NCBI RefSeq assembly: GCF_032191835.1
Contig: NC_083223.1
Coordinates: forward strand, 89,962,001 to 90,026,000
Origin: Heteronotia binoei
Lineage: Eukaryota
DNA: 64,000 bases
Direction of reading: 5' to 3'
The notes under the pieces were generated by a model. It did not search any database, was not told where the DNA came from, and worked only from the letters and a program-made list of their open reading frames with translations. Below are positions 59,124 through 64,000 of this stretch, piece after piece. Position 1 is the first letter of the stretch. Each line of letters opens with the position of its first letter. A program made the position numbers and the translations under genes.

Positions 59124-60220
59124 TATCTTAAATTTAGTAACCAATTATTCTTATATTCCTTATTATTGCTTCTACGTTCAGAACCATATATTCAAGAACT
59201 CTACAATGCCCTTCCAGCGTCTTAATACTGTGGTAATTGAATCGCTTATAATGTTAGCTTGCCAACTGATCTAAGATCCACAAGCCCACAAGCCCACTAA
59301 GTACAGTCCTCCCCCTGCGGTTGAGAGCACCACACAGATTAACGTGTTCTTGCACCTTATCACTTATTCAGCCTACTCAAAATGTCACTTCTCAACTGCA
59401 CAAATGGATATAACAACCAGTATTGAGAACAAAACAAACAAACAAAGCGACAGCGTCAGATGAGTCTTCCAGTCTGTCCTGTTTACAGTCTTTCAAATCC
59501 CTTCCATCGTGAAGCTGATCCGCAACTTCCTGGTCTTCCCCGTCTTTCAGCGGACAGCTCCTTGGCCAGCGCAATGCCAGTTCACAGCAGTAAACCAATT
59601 ACCGGCAGCCCCGCACGTCAGTTATAGGAGCTTGCAGCGTCCTGACGTACAACGTACGACGTGAAGCGTTTCCTCCCTGGGCTATTCCGTTTAACCCTTA
59701 CTGGCTTGCTTTGTCAACTCCTCGGGAGGACCTGGAATAAAAGTTGCTTCTCCCGTACTTCTGCCGACCACCTTCCCCTCTTGGGAGCACCTCACACGAT
59801 TCAGGCGTTGCAATATTCCCCCACAGCTTCCTACCGCCCACGCCAGCTGCTTTCGCCGCTTCCGCCTTCGACCGGGCGTTCCTATCGCCACTTCTAGTCT
59901 TAGCTCAGTTTCACTGAATTCAGCGTTTCAGGATTCAACAAGCTCTCCCCGTTCGTCAGCCACAGCTCACCTCCGAAAACCGGTGGCTAGGACTAATTCG
60001 CCGTTACGCGCTTCCAACCTCAGGTGTTTTGAAGAAAGGTAGAACACTTGGAGACTGCTGACTCGAGCCCCCACTATTCTCCACGCTCTTCTTACACACC
60101 CCTCCTTCGACAGGAGGTGATGCAGACCCTAGGGCCCCCCTGAAAGGTAGGAAATTCGGCACGCTTTGAGGAGCTCTCTCAAAACGCTACCGCACCGCCC
60201 TGCCGGAACCGGAAACCCCC
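58276..60220 (-). mobile_element. L1 5'UTR plus ORF1-only insertion (half-L1-like) with a 16-bp TSD
   Basis: Direct repeat CAGTTATGCTAGCACT at 58260-58275 and 60221-60236. The 5' end begins GGGGGTTTCCGGTTCCGG, followed by a ~1.1-kb CpG-containing leader and ORF1. No ORF2 and no poly(A). Confidence 0.85.
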
Positions 60221-60805
60221 CAGTTATGCTAGCACTGAGGAGCAAACTATACATTGGGTTTTCTTATATGTTCGTTTCTTAGATTTTTTTTTTCTTCTTC
60301 AAATATAGTTGCTGGGGCTGCTTTTTAATGGAAGACAATGCTGTGGAAGAGAACAGAGTGTGCGTGTGGAGTGGACTTTTAATCTTTTCACTGTTTTTAT
60401 GCTGAAATAAACCGCTACTGAACTACTTTTACCTTTCTCCAAGGGAGATATGTGGAAATCTGTAAGTTTCCCCAGGTGTGGTAAAAGCAGATTATTTTAA
60501 TTTTTTTCAGAGAGAAACAAGAAGAAAAGAAAGAGTCAAAGAGCCTGTCTCTCTCCACATCAATCTCCTCCTTGAAAAGGCAGTATAGCACCTCAGTTGG
60601 AAAGAAAGCAGAAAAAAACACAAATTTGGGCAAAGAAGATAATGTACAATTCAGTTGACCCTCTATGTCTATCTGTCAGATTGGGATATATTAGACAGAA
60701 AAAATATTAAGTAGTAACTTGATGACTACACCAGTTTGATGTACTGGTTAAGTGTATGGACTCTAATATGTGAGAACTGGGTTTGATTCCTCACTCCTTC
60801 ACATG

Positions 60806-60874
60806 TAAGAACATAAGAACATAAGAGAAGCCATGTTAGATCAGGCCGATGGCCCATCCAGTCCAACACTCTGT
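60806..60874 (-). mobile_element. Very short CR1 3' tail insertion
   Basis: AAGAACATAAGAACATAAGAGAAGCCATGTT.GATCAGGCC..TGGCCCATC.AGTCCAACACTCTGT is the reverse complement of 29535-29604. Confidence 0.9.
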
Positions 60875-60957
60875 ACCTGCTGAGTGACCTTGGGTCAGTC
60901 ACAGTTCTTGAAAGAGCTGCTCTCTAGAGCAGTTCTTGAAAAAGCCCCACCTCACAG

Positions 60958-61483
60958 TGTTATGACCAGAAGGCCAATCTATTTGAAAGAAAGGAGTTCT
61001 GGACGTGGGTCAGAGAAGCAAGCAGTTTTATTGCGTGGTTTGCAAAGCATAGGAAGATCAGGGCAGGTAAACCCACTCAAAAATCTGCAAAGCCTGTGTC
61101 TCAGCACAGCTCAATTTAAGCCTACCTTGTCCCGCCTAGTCTGGCTCTGCTGACCAATCGGTCAACAGGCTCACAATCTAATCATCCTATCGCGTACACT
61201 CTAACACGTGCGCACCCCGTGCTTCCCCCCTCCCCTCGGCGCTTTTACGGCCATTAAACCTTAAGTTTCATTTTCTCACTTTTGGCTCACTTTGTTTCTT
61301 TGTTCTGAAGCAGAGAATGGATAGGAAGCATAAAATGAAAGCCCTTATCTACTTGGCTAAGCGAAGCATCCTGCTGCATAACTGTTTGACCCTGTGGTTT
61401 AGCTACATCCTGTTACACAGCACCACCAGGTGTCTCATAACAAAATGAAACACAATTTTCCCCTGCTTCTTTATACCTTATCA
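60958..61483 (-). mobile_element. Solo LTR (526 bp), ERV class I type
   Basis: TG...CA ends and a 4-bp TSD ACAG (60954-60957, 61484-61487) inside the SINE. The minus strand has CTTAAATTGAGCTGTGCTGAGACACAG, then AATAAA (61027-61032). Confidence 0.88.
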
Positions 61484-62299
61484 ACAGGGTGTCTGTTATG
61501 GAAAGGGAAAGGAGATTGTAAGCCTCCCTGAGACTCCAAGTGAAGGGTGGGGCAACAATCAAATCTCCTCCTCCTTCTATAAAATAACATATGGGGAACT
61601 TACAAGGACATGTGGAGGATTTCATTTTCCACTCCCTCAACCATTTCTTCTTTCCCTTCCTTCAAAGCTTCCATAACCACTCCATATCCATAACCTTTCC
61701 CCACTTCCTTCTCTCCTTCCCACCCCCCTGCCAAAATACCTTTATCTGAACATGTCCAACTTTCCCTTCTTCCCTCCTCCTTGTAGCCTCTCCCCAGGAA
61801 AACTGTGATGCAGATGTATGGTTGGAAACCCACAAGGGCCTGTGAGGGGCATTTCACTTTCTCCTATATTCCCTCCCTAAATTATTTCCTTTCCCTTCTC
61901 CTGGTAGCCCCCATATTCTGTCTCCTTAGTCTGTTTCGTTCTCTCCTTCCCAGACACCAACCACCATCTGCACCACATCTCAGCTATACCTATTATTTAT
62001 TTAGTTCATTGGTACCTTGTCTTTTTCCACAATGCGAACCCAAAGCAGCTTACATATTTTCCCCCTCTATTTTATCTTCCCAACCACCCAGTAAATTAGG
62101 CTATGGGTATGTGGCCATCTCTAAGTCTTCCACTGAGCTTCCATGATGGAATGGGGATTTGACCAAGGTCTCCCAGATACTACTATCAAACTCTAATTAC
62201 TACACTAAGATCTTTCTAGACTTTTCATGGACTCAGGATTTAAGTATCCACAGATGGTGCCATGTTCAGATTTAGTTATCTTGGTAAGTCGGGAAACTG

Positions 62300-63780
62300 C
62301 AAAGACTTGCAGGAAGCACCTCATTTAAACACCCCCACCAAAACCCCTACCTCACAGAAAAGTGGGGGCTCTCTGATCCTAGTCAAGAAGTCTGTGATAG
62401 AACAATGTTTTTGTGTTGTGGCTGCTGTTGAACAGTAGCAAGCAAATGCATGTGGCCATCTCTCCAAAATCTGCCTAATCCTAAAACCCCAGTAGTATCC
62501 TTCAAACCCTCTGCTGAGAATGCCAAAGCTACCAAAAACCCATAATAGTCTTTGGTACTAACACTTTTTCCCTCAGAAATACCAGAAATATCTGGATATG
62601 GGCTACCTGCAAAGGCCAGGCTTGGTCCAAACACTCTTGGTTGTGGAAAATCAAAATTTCCCAATACTGCCTCTCATAAGCAATTCTCATGCATGGTGTC
62701 AATGATGCCATTATTAGATGTTGTGCTTCAACTTCCCAAGGTGCCACAGCTTGACTGGCATTGGCATTGGACTGAGATCCACAGGTTATGAAAATGCTAC
62801 TCCTGAAAATAAAACAGCATGCTGGTAATGCTGTTATCCAAACCAGGATGACCCTTGTATTCCTGGAAAACTGCCCAGTAACTACCTGAATGTTCACTTG
62901 ACTGTTACACCAGAATAGGATTACTGAATTCCTTAGCGATTCTCCCCAAATGTATTCAGTAACCACAATAGGTAACAACTCCAAAAATGTAAAACCCTTG
63001 ACCATTCATTCCTGTTTCCATGTTTCAGGCTATCACTTGGCACACCAATGTCCCTGGAAATAAATCCCAAAGTAATGGAACCCTGCCATGTCAGACAGAA
63101 CCTGGAAATCCTGTCCCAAGAGCCACTACTGTTTCCAGAAAGAAACATCATTAAATTGCATCAGAAATGCTAACCAAGTTTGTGCAGCCACCTTTACTCA
63201 GCAAGAGATCCTAACTGCCATTAGTCATGTCTACCAGGCGTCTGGAAAAAGCCCCACCTGATGCAACAACCTGCATGCAAAATTCATGTACCCGAATATC
63301 ACCCGCATTTGCTTCAGTGTGGATTTTTTTCTAAAACATAGACCCTGTAAACAACTCTTTACATCTAATAATCTTATCCAGAAGCAAACTACAAGCTTCA
63401 GCCACTTTATCAATTTCTTTGTCTACCAATGCTCAACGTTGTGTCAGGCCTTCTGTCTTCTCTTCACCCAATGGTACAGTCTCTAGCTAACTCCTAAAAT
63501 ACTTCCAATTGTCTAGCACATTTCCATGTCCCTGACAAGCCAGTCGAAAGGAAACCATCCCAATAGTGGGGAACCTTGCTAGACCCAGCCTTTTGAGAGA
63601 AGGCCCATTCAAGCATTGTGCTGAAATGTCCAAAGGCTGTGCAGGATATGGAACATCCCACAAGCAGTGCTTTATCAAAATAATACTGGCTTTTCAAATT
63701 CAAAACCCAACAACTCAAAAACTCTAGGATGGACCAGAAGCAAGTGGAAAGTATATTTTATATTATATTATGCTAACATG
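62300..63780 (-). mobile_element. Possible highly decayed LTR-retrotransposon (Gypsy-like) coding remnant
   Basis: Coding-like texture with only faint motifs (NNGIID, GHW). No intact domain motif is visible. Confidence 0.25.
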
Positions 63781-63869
63781 GCATGCCACTCACATGATCA
63801 TACTATATCCACTGCCAAGTTGAATGGCGCCTATCAGACTGGACAAAGGTTTTCTGGGATGCTGTCACT

Positions 63870-64000
63870 TAGGGATAGGCATGAATCAGGAAAATGTGGT
63901 TCAGTTCATGGTTTGCCCAGTTGCTGAACCATGGACACTCACTAAATGCAACAGTTCAGTTTGTGAGGTTCATGGTGCAGTAGAATGCGCCCCCTCCAGC
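63870..64000. mobile_element. Left end of a hAT MITE of the 19079-19372 family, running off the window
   Basis: TAGGGATAGGCATGAA TIR and GTTCATG repeats. Confidence 0.7.

Larger units (their letters stand above)
60730..61578 (+). mobile_element. SINE (Squam3-like) split by a CR1 tail and a solo LTR
   Basis: Head CCAGTTTGATGTACTGGTTAAG with a B-box at ~60780. The body resumes after each insertion and matches 26512-26798. Confidence 0.8.

Noticed and set aside
1-64000. Prokaryotic-type systems (CRISPR array, operons, defence islands)
   Set aside because: There is no repeat-spacer array and no dense gene packing. The sequence is vertebrate, TE-rich DNA.
51243-64000. env gene or 3' LTR of the ERV
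   Set aside because: No ISD/CX6CC-type motif and no copy of 45490-46412 was found. The 61-kb LTR is a related but separate solo LTR in the opposite orientation with its own TSD.

Overview
This is eukaryotic, AT-rich vertebrate genomic DNA, not prokaryotic. The repeat content (Sauria SINE, tRNA/MIR-type SINE with an L2-like tail, squamate-type CR1 tails, hAT MITEs) points to a squamate reptile, probably a gecko; that taxon call is an inference. The window is mostly intronic or intergenic and dense in transposable elements, and it has two assembly gaps. Main contents: (1) a 3'-truncated, decayed class I (gamma/epsilon-like) endogenous retrovirus at 45.1-51.2 kb with a perfect tRNA-Leu(CAA) primer-binding site; (2) a very young 5'-truncated L2 LINE with an uninterrupted 868-aa EN-RT frame at 55.4-58.2 kb on the minus strand; (3) about 31 bp upstream on the same strand, an L1 5'UTR plus intact ORF1 with no ORF2 and no poly(A), flanked by a 16-bp target-site duplication that supplies the ORF1 stop codon; (4) older L2 and CR1 copies, solo LTRs, SINEs and many MITEs with verifiable TIRs and TSDs; (5) two CpG-rich promoter-like islands, at 27.5 kb (RFX/CCAAT) and 53.5-54.2 kb (ZNF143/THAP11 motif plus a candidate first coding exon on the minus strand). 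No host gene could be named. The most unusual structure is the tandem of L1-ORF1-only and L2-ORF2, which together resemble a reconstituted two-ORF LINE.
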